From positions 3,968,001 through 4,032,000 of the forward strand of contig OZ193910.1 of assembly GCA_964276515.1 (NCBI GenBank): a stretch of DNA of 64,000 nt, in the 5' to 3' direction. The stretch's first letter is position 1. Every line of letters begins with the position of its first letter. Positions 38,551-52,000 of the stretch are shown piece by piece. This DNA comes from Gordius albopunctatus. Taxonomy: Eukaryota. Made by a program: the position numbers and the translations under genes. Below the pieces are notes generated by a model. The model was not told where the DNA came from and ran no database searches. It saw nothing but the letters and a program-made list of their open reading frames with translations.

Positions 38551-39818
38551 TTAGAATGCGACCTCTTTGTATATATTATGAAATTTCGATAACACAATCA
38601 CTTAGCACTCAACCACTAAAATTATTTAAGCAATAAAATCCTATGCATATAATTACTAGGTCATTATGACTAATGAAATTACGAGAAAAATTACTTAAGA
38701 CGGCCTGAAAAATATCAAACAGAGCTATTGTCTTTAATTAACACCTCTAATCTTCACTCTTTTAAATGCCAATTAAATATCTCTACCTATAAGATGTATA
38801 AAATTAATCATTTTGTTATGCAACTTATGGGCTCACTTTCGAAAAGAAACGTCCTGTTTTGTCTTGTTAATGTATTAAAAAGAAATAATTTGAATTGTGC
38901 ATTATATTATCTTTAGTGCTCTGCACTAGCCGCCCGAAGATGGACGGGTTCTACCTCGACCGGCCAGAGAGAATCTCTGCCGGACTTTAAAATTCAATTT
39001 ATAAGTCGAGACCGGGTCGGAGACCGGAGCCTCTTGCTCGGGGTTCAGGGGCACTCCCTGGCTAGGTGCGAAGGACTTAGTTTTTATATATTGTAGCTAT
39101 TAGAATTAAAAACACGACGAAAAGCGTAAGAAGACATTCGGTGCCAGACATGACGGTGCGTGACACGTTTGGCGTGACATCGGAAAATGGAAAGTGAGCC
39201 CATAAATTGCATAGAAATAAAAAATAAGCATGAAATTGATAAGTTATTTTACACCGTAAAATTTTTCTTTATAAAATCAGATTCTTTATTTTAAAATTAA
39301 TTAGTTAAATAAATTGTAACAAGAGAAATTGGATTTAATTTCAAACTTATTTATGTTTTAAATTAGGAATTAATAACAATCTAATATATTATATATAAAA
39401 TAATTTTCAAAAGTAGATTTTCTCAGAGGACGACTACCACCCTCTAAATTTAATAAAATTCATGAATTTTACAAGATTACAGCTAAAATTGTGAAAATTT
39501 TCTAAATAGCTTTTTCCCCCCTCTAATTTAAATGCTGGATGCACCCATGTTTATCATCTATAGAAAGCTCAGATAAGAGATGAAAAAAAATCCATTATCA
39601 GTTACATTAATTTTAAACTGAATTAGTACTTAAATTGTTTCATACTCATTTAAACAACTTATTGCTATGCAATTTTAGGTTATTTGTACTTATTAATAAC
39701 AATGTAGCATATTAATGATTTATAAAACATGTTTTTTAGTTATCAATTTATATCTATGTTTTAATCTCTAGTGACCCTCTATACCTTTATAAATTATACA
39801 GTTTTAATAATTTCCATT

Positions 39819-40257
39819 TTATTCTGTATATAAAATATAATACATCAAATTTAAATCTGAACTTCTCTTAAATTTTGGAGACAAGAAAATATTTTTCACA
39901 TTTCCAACATCAAAAATTCCATTGAGGCTTATAATATCTATATTTTATAATAAACTCATAACCAGAATATATTACTTTTACGGGCATTAGGATTAATTGA
40001 ACTTATTTCTTCACAAATATCATTTACATTTTCATCCCCTAAAAATGTTTAAAAAGAGTATACTTATAGTGTACTTCTAAGTTTTTGGTTCTTTGACAAT
40101 GTGTGATTCCTTTTGGGGATGCCTTGTAAAGATATTTCTAATGGGTTAGGAATTGTGGTTATAGGATTTGTTTTTCTCCACCTATGATGACATAAATCCA
40201 GATCTAACCTTTTAAGTTTTAACTCATTTCATTTGACAAATGCATTTTCGTAGACAT
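39819..40257 (-). other. Candidate small multi-exon gene or pseudogene with tiny introns
   Basis: GT-AG spans of 36, 38 and 39 nt (40074-40039, 39975-39938, 39862-39824) join open phase-1 exons; first-exon splicing is ambiguous. Confidence 0.35.
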
Positions 40258-41399
40258 TTATTTGTTTTTTGCTTTTTTGTTAAATGGCACAGAATCGTGT
40301 AGAGGATAACTGACGATGTGCAATATACGCTTAAGTGCTATTTTGCTCGTGGAGTAAAAAATATAGAACACGTGTTATTTGTTTCCCTATCGCGTGATTA
40401 ATTTTTAACGCATGTTTCTTCGCGTGCGTATCTAGTAAGTCAAATCGAATAGATTTAACACTATATATACCCTCTATTTATTTAATTATCTCATAATGAT
40501 TTTAATAAAATTTTAAGATTAAATTTATGATATATTAAAAAAAGTATTGTATAGGCGATTAAAAATTATAAGATAATAATATAAATAACCCCTCATATTA
40601 TTTAAAAAATAACACTCATTTGAAAAGATGGACGATAATAGTATTAGCGCCATCTATAGCAAATTTAAAATCGTATATACATATTGGTAAAATGTTTTAT
40701 TTACATGAATACAAAAATTAATGAAAGATTGTTAAAAAACATTGAATAATAATTATTATTGCTATTTTATAATCATTTATAGTGAGACATGACTGATTAT
40801 AGTTGATATATTAAAATACAAACTACATTTAATATTAAATTAAAATAAAAACTAATTAACATAAAACAAGCTTTTGGTAGCATTTTGGTTTAAAGAGAAA
40901 TTTAATTAACCAAAATCATGAGTTAATTATAAAAATAATAACAAAAGAATGCTAACAAAAATATACGTAAATTGTAATTATCCCATAACAGTATATAAAT
41001 TGAAATGTCTTAGTAGTAATTGACACTTGTATGCAAAACTTAAGTGAATACGCTATTTTTATTAGTGATTTAATTTAATTAGGTAAAGTTAAGGCTCTAT
41101 AGTTTTAGCTTTATTATTTATAGCTTAGGTTGTTTAATCATTTATTATTTTTATAAAAAATACATATTTTATAAAGGAGAGATAAATAAATAAAAAGTTA
41201 AGAATTGTAAATGTTCACGAGTAAAAATGTAATAAGTTAATTTTACTTCATTAAAACTAACATCTGCTAGCATTTTTTTTAAGGTGTTTTCTCATTAAAT
41301 AGTTGTTAAGCTAATATTAATTACTTAAAAGTAATTTAAAAATGTTTACAAAATAGAAAAACATATCTTATTTGATGAAAATAATTATAAATAAATTAT

Positions 41400-43780
41400 T
41401 TCTTCTTCTTCTTCTTTATCGTGTTGAAAATCCCACAGACGTGGGGTACGTTTTCAGCAGCCTCTTCCATATGAGTCGTGTGAATGCCATCCCAATTTCC
41501 ATCTGTTTGACGTCCATATCCTTTTCGACCAGTCGTTTCCAGGTGGCACGTGGTCTGCCCCTTCCTCTTCTTCCAGGCACGTCCATCTCCAGCGTTCGGC
41601 GTGTGACATCGTCTTCGTCTCTTCGTAATACATGGCCGTACCACCGCAGTCGATTTTCTCTTAAGAAGTCCTTCGTCGCTTGTATACCCATCTTTGTCAT
41701 CAAGGATTCGTTCGTCATGCGATCCAGCTTGGTGTAGCCTAAGCTCCATCGCACCATTCTCATTTCCGTGACTTGCAAGAGTTTCTCCTCCGCGCTGGTT
41801 ACAGCCCATGTTTCGCTCCCGTAAAGCAAGACCGGTCGCACGATGGTTTTGTACGCCTTGCTTTTCAACCAAATTGGTATCTTTTTGTCACACATGACAC
41901 CGGAGATGCTGCGCCACTTGAGCCATGCTTTCTTGATCCGAGAATGGACTTCGGCGGTACATCCTCCCTCTTGATGTAATAGCGAGCCAAGATATGTGAA
42001 CTTATCAACCTCCGTGTACCTTGGACCTTCAATTTTGTGCATTTGCGGACTACCGCCCATCGTTTGCATGTAAACCGTTTTCTTTTCGCTGACCTTTAAC
42101 CCGAATTCCGAGAAATGTTCTGACCATTTTTTCGCCTGATGAAAAACCCCTTCTCTTGTTTCATCGCATAGGACAATATCGTCGGCATATAGCATAGTCC
42201 AAGGGGCTGGATTGTGCAAGTCCTTTGTTATTGTATCCATAATTAGATTAAACAAGAATGGGCTTAACGCTGATCCTCGATGTAGTCCGATCATTATTCG
42301 GAAGGGTTTCGTTACTCCTACGGTAGTCCTAACAGATGCAACCGCTCCATTATACATTTCCTTGATAAGTCGAACATATCCTTCGGGTATATTTCTGGCT
42401 CTAAGGGACCACCATATTAAGTCTCTCGGAACCGTATCGTAGGCCTTTTCTAAATCGATGAAGACCATGTGTAATTTCTTTCTTATGTCGCCATATTTTT
42501 CCATCGTCTGCTTCAACGCAAAGATTGGGTCCATCGTTGATTTACCGGCCACAAATCCAAACTGATTGGGCGAGAGACAAACTTCGTCATTGAGCCTTTT
42601 CATTAGCACCCTTTCTAGTAGTTTTAGTGAGTGGCAGGTCAACTTGATACCTCTAAAGTTGCCACATTCCTGCGCGTCTCCTTTACCTTTGTATATGGGT
42701 ATGATCGTACTTTCCCTCCATTGGTCAGGGATACGACTCTCATACAGCATAGCGTTAAATAGGCCTGTCATTATGTCGATTCCTTCTCCTTTGCACCCAA
42801 GCCAAGCTTCGATCGGTAGATCATCGGGACCTAGCGCTTTCCCTTTCCGCATCTTCGTTAGTTGTGCTCCTATTTCATAAGCCTGAAATGGTAAAACCAA
42901 GTTCGAGTTCGGTTCCACCCTCTCTAGCGGTCTTCTATCATTTGTTTTGTTCATAATATTTTGGAAATAATCTTTCCATCTTTTGATGACTTCCTTCGGT
43001 TTGCACAACGTTCGTCCCTCTTCGCTTTTAATGACTTTAAGTGTCCCGACATCTCGACTTTTTTTCTCCCTGATCTTTGCGAGTTTATACATGACTATGT
43101 CGCCGCCCTTGGTATCGAGCTTGTTTGCCATCTCGGTGTAAGCGTTGTTCTTCGCTATCGCGACCGCTATCTTAGCTTTGCGTTTCGCTTCACGATATGC
43201 CTCGTAGTCTTCTCCTTTCTTCATTTTGTACCATCGTAGGTACAACGCCTTCTTTTCTTCTATAACCTCTTTGACCGAGTCATTCCACCACCATAGTTCA
43301 CGCTTGTGAGCTCTGCCGCCCTTAGTTCGTCCCAATATTTGTAAGGCCGTTTCCTTTAGAACATTTGCAACGGTGCCCCACCTTTTGTTAATGTCGCCCT
43401 CCAAGCCTGCAACCTTCAAGAGCGGAGTTGCTCGAGTGTGAAACATTTCATTTGCATGATCATCCTTAAGCTTTTCGTACTTTGTCCTTGGTGTGTAGAC
43501 TTTTCTCCTTACGGGAAAAATCTTTCTTGCTATATCGAGGACAACTGGCCGATGTTGTTTGGCGATTTCTTCCCCTGTATAACCTTGCAATCTTTAACTT
43601 GCCACAAATTTATGCGCTTCACTAATATGTAGTCGACCTGTGTAAGGTGATTTCCACTACTGTACGTCGCTAAATGTTCGGTACGCTTCTGAAAGAAGGT
43701 ATTCACAATGGCCATATCGTAAGCTTGCGCCATCTGTAGTAACTTCTCTCCCTCTTTATTTTTCACTCCATAGCCATTAT
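41400..43780 (-). mobile_element. RTE-clade non-LTR retrotransposon, 5'-truncated
   Basis: APE endonuclease C-terminus (QVDYILV, 43530-43766) frameshifted into a 724-aa RT ORF; (AAG)n 3' tail at 41400-41416. Confidence 0.95.
41416..43590 (-). pseudogene. RTE reverse transcriptase ORF (truncated and frameshifted)
   Basis: [66 protein letters not shown] motifs. Confidence 0.9.
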
Positions 43781-44037
43781 ATACAGAAATGATTCAGAAT
43801 TTACTAAAACAATATTAAATTTTATCTTTATTAAAATAAATTTAATATAATAAATTATTTAAATTTTATAACAAATTTATTATAAAAAAAGAACTAGCGT
43901 AATTTAATAAAATGTCATTAAAAATTTTGAAAGTAGCCATATTATATATTATAAAATATATTGATGATATAAATATATGCTTATTTAATAATATAATTAA
44001 GCTTATTATAATATTATTTAAAATAATTAAGAAGAAT

Positions 44038-44240
44038 GGTAAAAGGACTTGAAGGCTCTCCATGGTTCGCTAGTTTCGACTTCTGACTCGGGCTCATGGA
44101 TAGATAATGGCATGGAAAGATAATTTATTTAGGACGCTGTTGGGTTGAGGGACTACCGGTTCTCTCTGGTAAGAGGACTAGAAGGCTCTCCATGGTTAGC
44201 TAGTTTGGGCGTCGGACACGGGCTAACTGATATAAGATAA
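44038..44240. repeat. Imperfect direct repeat (~70-bp units about 130 bp apart)
   Basis: GGTAA-AGGACT-GAAGGCTCTCCATGGTT-GCTAGTTT occurs at 44038 and 44168. Confidence 0.7.
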
Positions 44241-44990
44241 TTAGACAGATAGTTGAAGTATTTTTGTTTGTATTTTTCCACTTTTATTTTCTGCGTAGAA
44301 GAGACGAGGTCGGGGGAGTTAGATATGGCAAATATATCAACCGTAGTAAAGTCCTAAGTTACGGCTGGGAGCCTCGGAATGATTATTAGGTCATCGGTTT
44401 TTACGTCTTGGCAGGCAATTTAGTTATCAAACCGTGATGGGTTCTAGCAGAAAATTTAGACAAATGTGATAAATGATAAAAGTATTAATATTATATGGAA
44501 TGAGGAAAATTATAATAATCGCTTAGTTATCTACTTTCTTGGGCGGTATTTTGTTTACGCGGAAAATAAATGTTCAAACTAGTTTTTTCCATGGCAATTT
44601 ACACAATCATATACTGAATTTTACAATGTATTTTGTTAAAAACTAAATCAAAAAAATTTAATGTATATATTATGTTTCTAGGATCTTATAAGTGTCTTAA
44701 AGTCTTTGTTGTAACTAAAATATAATATTTTTTAAGCCACTGTTAAGCATTAAGCTTTTAATTTTATGTAACAATTTAAGGTGTCCTATGTTAAGAAAAT
44801 AATATTTGTACAGGCCCTAACCAGAAGCCATACTCCCTAGTATTTTAATATGGCCATAGACTATTCTAATCCATAGGGCATGCTCGATGCTTTAAATGAT
44901 CTTAGTCGAATCGTATAATGGTGTCAAGTGGAATCATAGAGTGGAATGCATTAAACAACTCACGTTACAAGTTGACAAAATTAATTTTTT

Positions 44991-46066
44991 ATGGATGAAC
45001 ACATGGTTAATGGTAACTCGCAACGTTTAAAGATTGGGATTGAGCCGATTAAGGCGTATAGAGTTGAGGAAATAACTTATGAAGGAAATGAGCTGTATAC
45101 CGAGTAAGAATATTTACAATAAATATATGAATAAATTATAGATCACTGTCATTCAATGAATATATAAACAATTTATCTGAAAAGTTAAATTTTTCCTTAA
45201 AAACTCACCCTAATAAAGTATAATTTTATGCTATGAAATATTTTAATAATGCAGGAGAAAACGAAGGAAAAATCAGATAAAAAATGGCCATGGGAGTCTA
45301 TACATGAAAAATTAAAGTATATTTTAATAGTTTATTTATAAAATTTTGAAGAAACTCTTTAATTGAAATTAATGTTCTCTCAGATATATTAAAAATAACA
45401 AAACAACAACAATATTTGGCACTTGATTTTATTACTAATGAGAATATTGAAAATAAACCTTCATTAGTTTTACTTAGCAAAAAGAAGGTACCCTTAATAA
45501 TTATTCATAATATTTTTAAGGCTTTATCTCAAGCTTCTGTTATATTATTAAATGGAGCAGACAGAATTACATCTATACAATTATCTTCAGCAACCATGTC
45601 TAATCAAAATAGCTCAAACTTTCATTTTGAATTGTTAAATTTGAGACAAAATTGGAGAATTAAGAAAATAGGACAAAACATTATTGGAGATTTAAGTTTC
45701 AAATCAGGTATATTTTTTGCACAATTTATACATATTACATATTATGAAATAGTGGGATCAAATTTTAAAGAAAATGGCGCCTTTGAAGTGTTAAAAAATC
45801 AAAATCTAACTAAATTTAAATCATCACTACAAATTGTCTTGCCCAAACCTCTTGAAATTGAATTTTGCTTAAAAATAACATTAAAAATAGGTAAAGTTTA
45901 TTATAATAGTTTTTACATTGTGCCTTTAGATGGTGTCATTAAAAAATGTAGTTCATCCTTAAATATTCACACTTTGCAACATTTCAACCAAATTTTCAAA
46001 AATAAATGGCACTCTAAGCTTGAAACTGCACAAAATAATATATTTTGCAAAGAAATATTCTACAAA
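44991..46066 (+). CDS. MED17: MED17 exons 1-7 (compact block, introns 33-45 nt)
   Basis: All introns GT-AG and phase-consistent; removing them restores collinearity with MED17. Confidence 0.88.
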
Positions 46067-49000
46067 GTAATTTTAAAGATTATATATTCTCAAATTCTTT
46101 ATTTCAACTTTCTTTAATCTACTTTTCCACATTGTATATTAGTAATAATTTGATAATATACATCAATATTAAAATAAGTAAAGAATACATTTAACCTATG
46201 GTTTGTAAGAATGCATGTTTTACTACATTTTATTTGGTAGTTAGTGGCTGAATTGGTGCAAACTAAAACACAACTGGAAGACCATTACGTACAAGGAAAT
46301 TCTGCATACCTTTCTGTACTTTAATTTAGTTTTTAATGCATGGTCATTTAATTGAAATCTAATTTTTAAAAATAAATAATATTTGTCTTTTTTATGGTAA
46401 CTTGAAATCTTGATTTAAATTATTTTATATGTAATTATTTGCCAAAACTTGACGTAGATTATAAATAATAGTAGTTAATCTGCATTGCTTAGCTCTTTCC
46501 TGGCGTTATTCTAATTTTCACTCTTCAATCTGGACCGCGTGAAACTATTAAACCCTCTTCAGACAATGATAAAGTAAGTTTTTTTTACTAGCTTACATAA
46601 TATATATTCAACTTGCATTATCCTACTTAGGGCCCGTCTTAATATAAGATTCAACTTCATGACGTCATATTTTTGTTTGTCTAAATATGCGGTATTCTTG
46701 TAGCGGAATCAACAATTTTTGTTTAGTTACTATAAGAATATGCATTAATAAGCGTAATTAAAATATAAATATTTGTTTTATTAGCAAAATCACAAAAAAA
46801 GAGCAAAAATGAAGTGACGCTCGTATTAAGACGCGTCTATGTTTTAACATGCATTCGCTTTTAGAATCTAGATACAAAAGCTCATATTAAGACGCACCCT
46901 TAAGAGGTTCATTTTTTGACCGTATTTGATTTTAAAAATACACTGAATTTTTTTATTAGGCCTAGCATAAAAAACACCGGGTTTTCTCGGTTTGCCGCCC
47001 ATTTTATTCATCCCAGTCACTACTCACTCACCTACTACATGTATTTAACATTTTCTTTGCAAACCTTCGCGTGCTTAATTCTCATTGCCTATTCTCGTTA
47101 TTGTGCTTGCACCCATGGGCGTAGCCACGGGGTGGCAGAGAGGGGTGACTGCCCCCCTCTAAATTCAGAAAATCCTAAAAATTTAATATAATTATGGCTT
47201 AAATTTCAAAAAAAGGATCATTCTGCCCCTCCCTAAAGCATTGTTTCCCCCCCCCCTAGTTCCAATCCTGGGTACGCCCATGCTTACACCTATATTCCTT
47301 CTGCAAAAATGTAAATGAATTTCGTGGTAGGCGGCATCGGGTAAAGTTAGCGAAGCCAATTACTTGCGCTGCTTGGAATTCGGGCTTCACGCCCACTTGC
47401 TAAACAGTTATGGGGCTTCGCGCCGTGTAGACCCGGCGCAACCGACTTGCGCCTCTTTGTACGATAGCTGTCGCAAACGACTAGCCGGTCCCCAGGCTCT
47501 CAAATTCGACGACGGGAATGTCTCCGGTAAAAATCGAACGTTATAAGTGACATTTATGATAGGAGTTGATTTCGATTTTGGAGAATAAGTTTTTTCAAGC
47601 TAGGCCTCGCTCCTACTTGGGTGAATTGCTTGACCGGGCGGCAGACTTTGGGGTATCGTTGAAATTGATATCTCTATTCGATCAGATGTAATTAGATGAG
47701 CATAAAACGGCTTAGATTTTTATTAAACAGATGCAAAATTATGTAATTGAGCGGAATTTTCTGGAAATTTTAAGGAAGGGCCAGCTGGCACTTTCTTCTA
47801 CTTAGACCATTCTTTTACACCATTATTATTAAAAGGTATATATTCAGTTTTCACGTGGTCGGATTTAAATTAAAAATGTCCTTCAGATGGGGGAAGTTTA
47901 AGTTGCAAATGCAAAATACACCTTGCAGGACTCTAGCCTATCCCCGATACTTTTCTCGCGAACCCCAGGTAGCTTTTAATGGGGCGGGCGTTTGGCACTT
48001 TATTTTAACTAGATCTTTTAGGGTATCGATCACTATAGCTCTACAATAAATTGATTACATCTCAAACATTTTTAACTGACCTAAAAATTGGATTGTAAAT
48101 CGATCATTTTGTCAGGGATGAGATAAAATAAATTTGTTCCTGGGCTCAGCCACGATGTAAATTTGATAATGATTTTGGGAGGGGCAAAGTAATTTAAAAT
48201 ATTTTTTGAATTTAGATGGGCGCCGCCCCCCTTCCCTGCCACCCCCTCGCTACGCCATTTGTTTATTGATAATAAGTAACAAATTTGATGAATGTAGGCC
48301 GCAAAACGTTGGAAGATTTGGAAAAGGTGGGATTCAGGGAAGGAGGCGATATTGATAGCTCTGGGGAAGAGGAAGAAGACGTAGGAACCGATAGGACTAA
48401 TTACGTTAGGTGGCTTAAATTGCAGCGGGCCGATCAGAGCCAAAGATACGCTTCGACTGTTTTGCTTAAGCCCCTGGTCGATATGGCCCGTCACCTACAC
48501 CTTAGGATCAGGTTGATAACTCGTTATGTTAAAACACTATTTTTCAGATAGACTTTAGGATTTGGAATTGCCCTGGGGCGTAGAGGGGGTGTCAGGGAGG
48601 GCCGGCTGCCCCCCCTCTAAATTTAATGTTGGTTACGCCCATTAAAATTGCTACAGTTTTATTTTGTGGCTCTACATAACTAGTTTGTTGTTTTAGTTTA
48701 TAAGGTGTGGTGGCCTTGAGTTGAAAAATTATATTTTAGATATTGAGAGAGGAATACCCCTCAATTAGTTGGTTGTTAGCATGGGCTTAGCCAGCATCGG
48801 AATCAGAGGGGGGAAATAATGATTAAAGGAGCGGATCAAATTTTCAGAATTTCAATGAATTTCAACCTTATTTTTGAATTTAAAGGGGGGGGGGGTCAGC
48901 CGCCCCTTCCTGCCCGCACTATACCAATATTGACAGCTTGCGGATATTATGGGTTTGTCTTAGCAATTAGGTTGAGGTTAAGTAGGTAGTTATGCTTGAT

Positions 49001-52000
49001 CGGACTATGGGGCTTTGTGATGACTTTAAACACATTTTTTCTCTAAATAGAACCAATGATTTGAAATTTGGAGATTAGACGCTACGGCCTATTATAGTGA
49101 ATCTATTAGTTTTTAAAAAGCAATTTTTCCCTGGTTTATCGCATTTCGCCCTTTAAAATATAGGGCCAATTTGAATGGTTTTGAATACAAATTTGGTAAG
49201 GGGTATTTCTCGCTCCATTTTTATTTGTTTAAAAAATGATTTTTTTGTGCGGAGCAGAAGTTTAGAAGTGGTGGATAATCTATCTCGTCCCCACCCTGAC
49301 CCCTGTTTCATAGTGCACTCTGCCGCCCTCTCAGATCCCTACCATTCTGCTTTCACCATTAACATCGTCACCAAAGGTTACGAAGCCCTGTGCAGGTAAA
49401 TTCCTTCAATATTCACAAACTATATTTTCCTCGAAAAATGCCTCAAAACGCGGTTGTACATTTTCAACGCTATTGTAGGAGATGCTTTGTGACACTCGTA
49501 TTGTTGCGAATCGAAGCATGAAACCTAATTTTGCCCAAACTAGGCATTCTATCAGCAAGTTTCCTTTCAAATTTACATACCAAGAGTACCAGTAGAGTAG
49601 CGTAGTTGATAGGGTAGGGAAAAAAAGAAAGAGTGGACACATGGGCGGAGCCAGGATTGGATTAGGGGGGCAATAATTGATTAGGGAGGGGCAAAATGAT
49701 AATTTTTAGTAATTTTAATCATAATTATATTATTTAGAGGGGGTTGTATGCAGACCATTTAAACAAATATTTGATAAAGTGATTATTAAGTTGTAATTTT
49801 ATACGTCGAGCCTTACTTACTTTGTAAATTTTGAGGTTAAGAGTTGGTAGCGAATCAAATAAGCGTTGAAATGGGCTTTAAACTGATTGCGGTGATGTTA
49901 CTTAAATTGTGAACAAAAAACCCGATTTACGACTGAGACTGCGAATTTGTTTAACATTTACCATTATGAAGCATTATTAGGACATAACATTTGGGTTAAT
50001 CGAAATATTCGCCAAATTTATACTCTATGATTATATTTACTTCTGTGCAAGATATGTTTTGCTGGCTGGATAATCAAAAGTTAGATATATATCATTTCGG
50101 TCACAAGGAATGTAGATTCAATGAATTAAAATATGAGGGCGTTAAAAAACTAATTAGCTGTGAACCAAGATTATAGGATATTTCGCATTGTTAATTCGTG
50201 GTTCAATTTGTGACGAACCTGCAATAGTAGTCGTCTTTAAAGAAAAGTATTAAAGTCCGCTTTTATTATCATGAATTATATAAGCTAGATATAAATTGCA
50301 TGGCAATTAAAAATCAAAATAGATGTAATTTTTATTCTAAAATAATTGGTTGTAGGACCTCGATATACCTGCAGGTATTTAGCGACGTTTTGAAGGCTGT
50401 TCTCAGAGACGGGCGAATTCAATGGCTCTCCTCCGACCCCGACGATTTGTCGAATCTATTATTGAGCCAGGTGAAATCTAGCGAGCTCTATAATTCGATA
50501 ATTAATTTATTTGTCGTCAATACCTATAAATTACCAAACATTTTGTGGGGAAAAATTACAATTAACTCTAACCAACATCGTGTTTCATGAGCTTTTTACT
50601 ATATTTGCCAGTTTTACCAATGTTTTATCCTGTACACTTCCTGATCATGAGTGCTATAAGAAGCTTTAACGTTATTTTTAAAAGTCCCGCAAAGTCAACA
50701 TTCTTTTGATTTAGTTTCAATCATGAAATTAGTAATAATAAAATAAATCTTGGCCTCATTTTCGAACTAATGTAATTAATACCTTTTCCCGTTTTTAAAC
50801 TCATTTTTAGACTTAAAAAGCTTCATAACAACTTTATTTATTGTTAGTAATACGAAGTTTATGAGAATTTTCATCTTGAAAAAGAACATATTTAGTTATA
50901 ATGACAAAGTGTTTTGGTAATATAAATTGACGCTTCGTATCTGGTCATAACGCGCAAAATAGTTTGTAATGGTATCTTAAAATTATCACAATTTTAATGA
51001 TAAATTTATGAAATACTTTTTTTTAAAAAATCGTACATTGTTCTTATACCAATTAATAACTATGGGATGTGTACGTAATTTTTAAACGGGCCTCATTTGT
51101 GACCCAGGTGGCACAGCATCAAATAAACGCCGTTCAATCGTTGTCCAAGCTAATGAATTGGCAAACTTTGTCCAACGAGCCCTTCAACCCAATCCACGAT
51201 TGCGCTAGATCAGCCGGTGAGGGTACTTTTCCCACCATCACCCTCAAATCTCCCAACGAAAAATGGTAATCAGTTAAAACATTAGTATGATCCTCTAGGT
51301 TTTTAAACCTATCGCAACATGGGCGTAGCTAGCATGGGGGGGCAAAATGAATATTTTCTGAAATTTTAGCCCTAATTTTAATACATTTTTGGATATAGAG
51401 AGGGGGCAGGGTGGCCTCGTCCATGAACTGCAACGTGATGTTTTATGACGGTCATATTTGTTTGAATTCGCTAAGGCAAGAATATTGAGGATATATTAAG
51501 ATTGCCTTTACATAGGTGAAGCTTTATGTTTAAGCTCTCAAAAGTGATAGTAGAAAAGGCTGTAAGACGTTTGGGCTAAACTTAGGGACGGAACTTCATA
51601 ATAGGTCTCTGACACGACGATCCAATTTAAGTTTGGTACGACTAATTTATTATATCATTAAAGAGAGTTTACTTAAATAGCTTAGTAAGCTTGATTTGTT
51701 AAGCATCATATCCCATAAGTTATCGAGTGAATGTGGGGGAAAAATTATAATTTAGCAATGAAAAGTTATTATATTATATGGCTTACATCCTATATTTGTT
51801 GAAAATGAGGAAATACGAGTCACGCATTACTTTAAATCGTTTTTTTTGAACCAGCAATTTTATTTGAACGAATGTATTGGAAGTGTTAAAGTCAGAATTG
51901 AGACGTTAGCAAAAAATTAACTTTCATGGAGACCTTTTTGTACGTTTGTTCCGTATTTATGTGCTTTCGTTATATTCACTACAAACTGTATTTGCTTTTT

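Noticed and set aside
40640..40662. GCGCCATCTA (CTCF/YY1-like motif)
   Set aside because: A single short match, not distinguishable from chance without ChIP or conservation data
41372..43632. Plus-strand ORFs overlapping the RTE
   Set aside because: Antisense shadows of the GC-richer RT coding sequence
45416..46117. 233-aa ORF as a standalone single-exon gene
   Set aside because: It is MED17 exons 4-7 read through three in-frame introns
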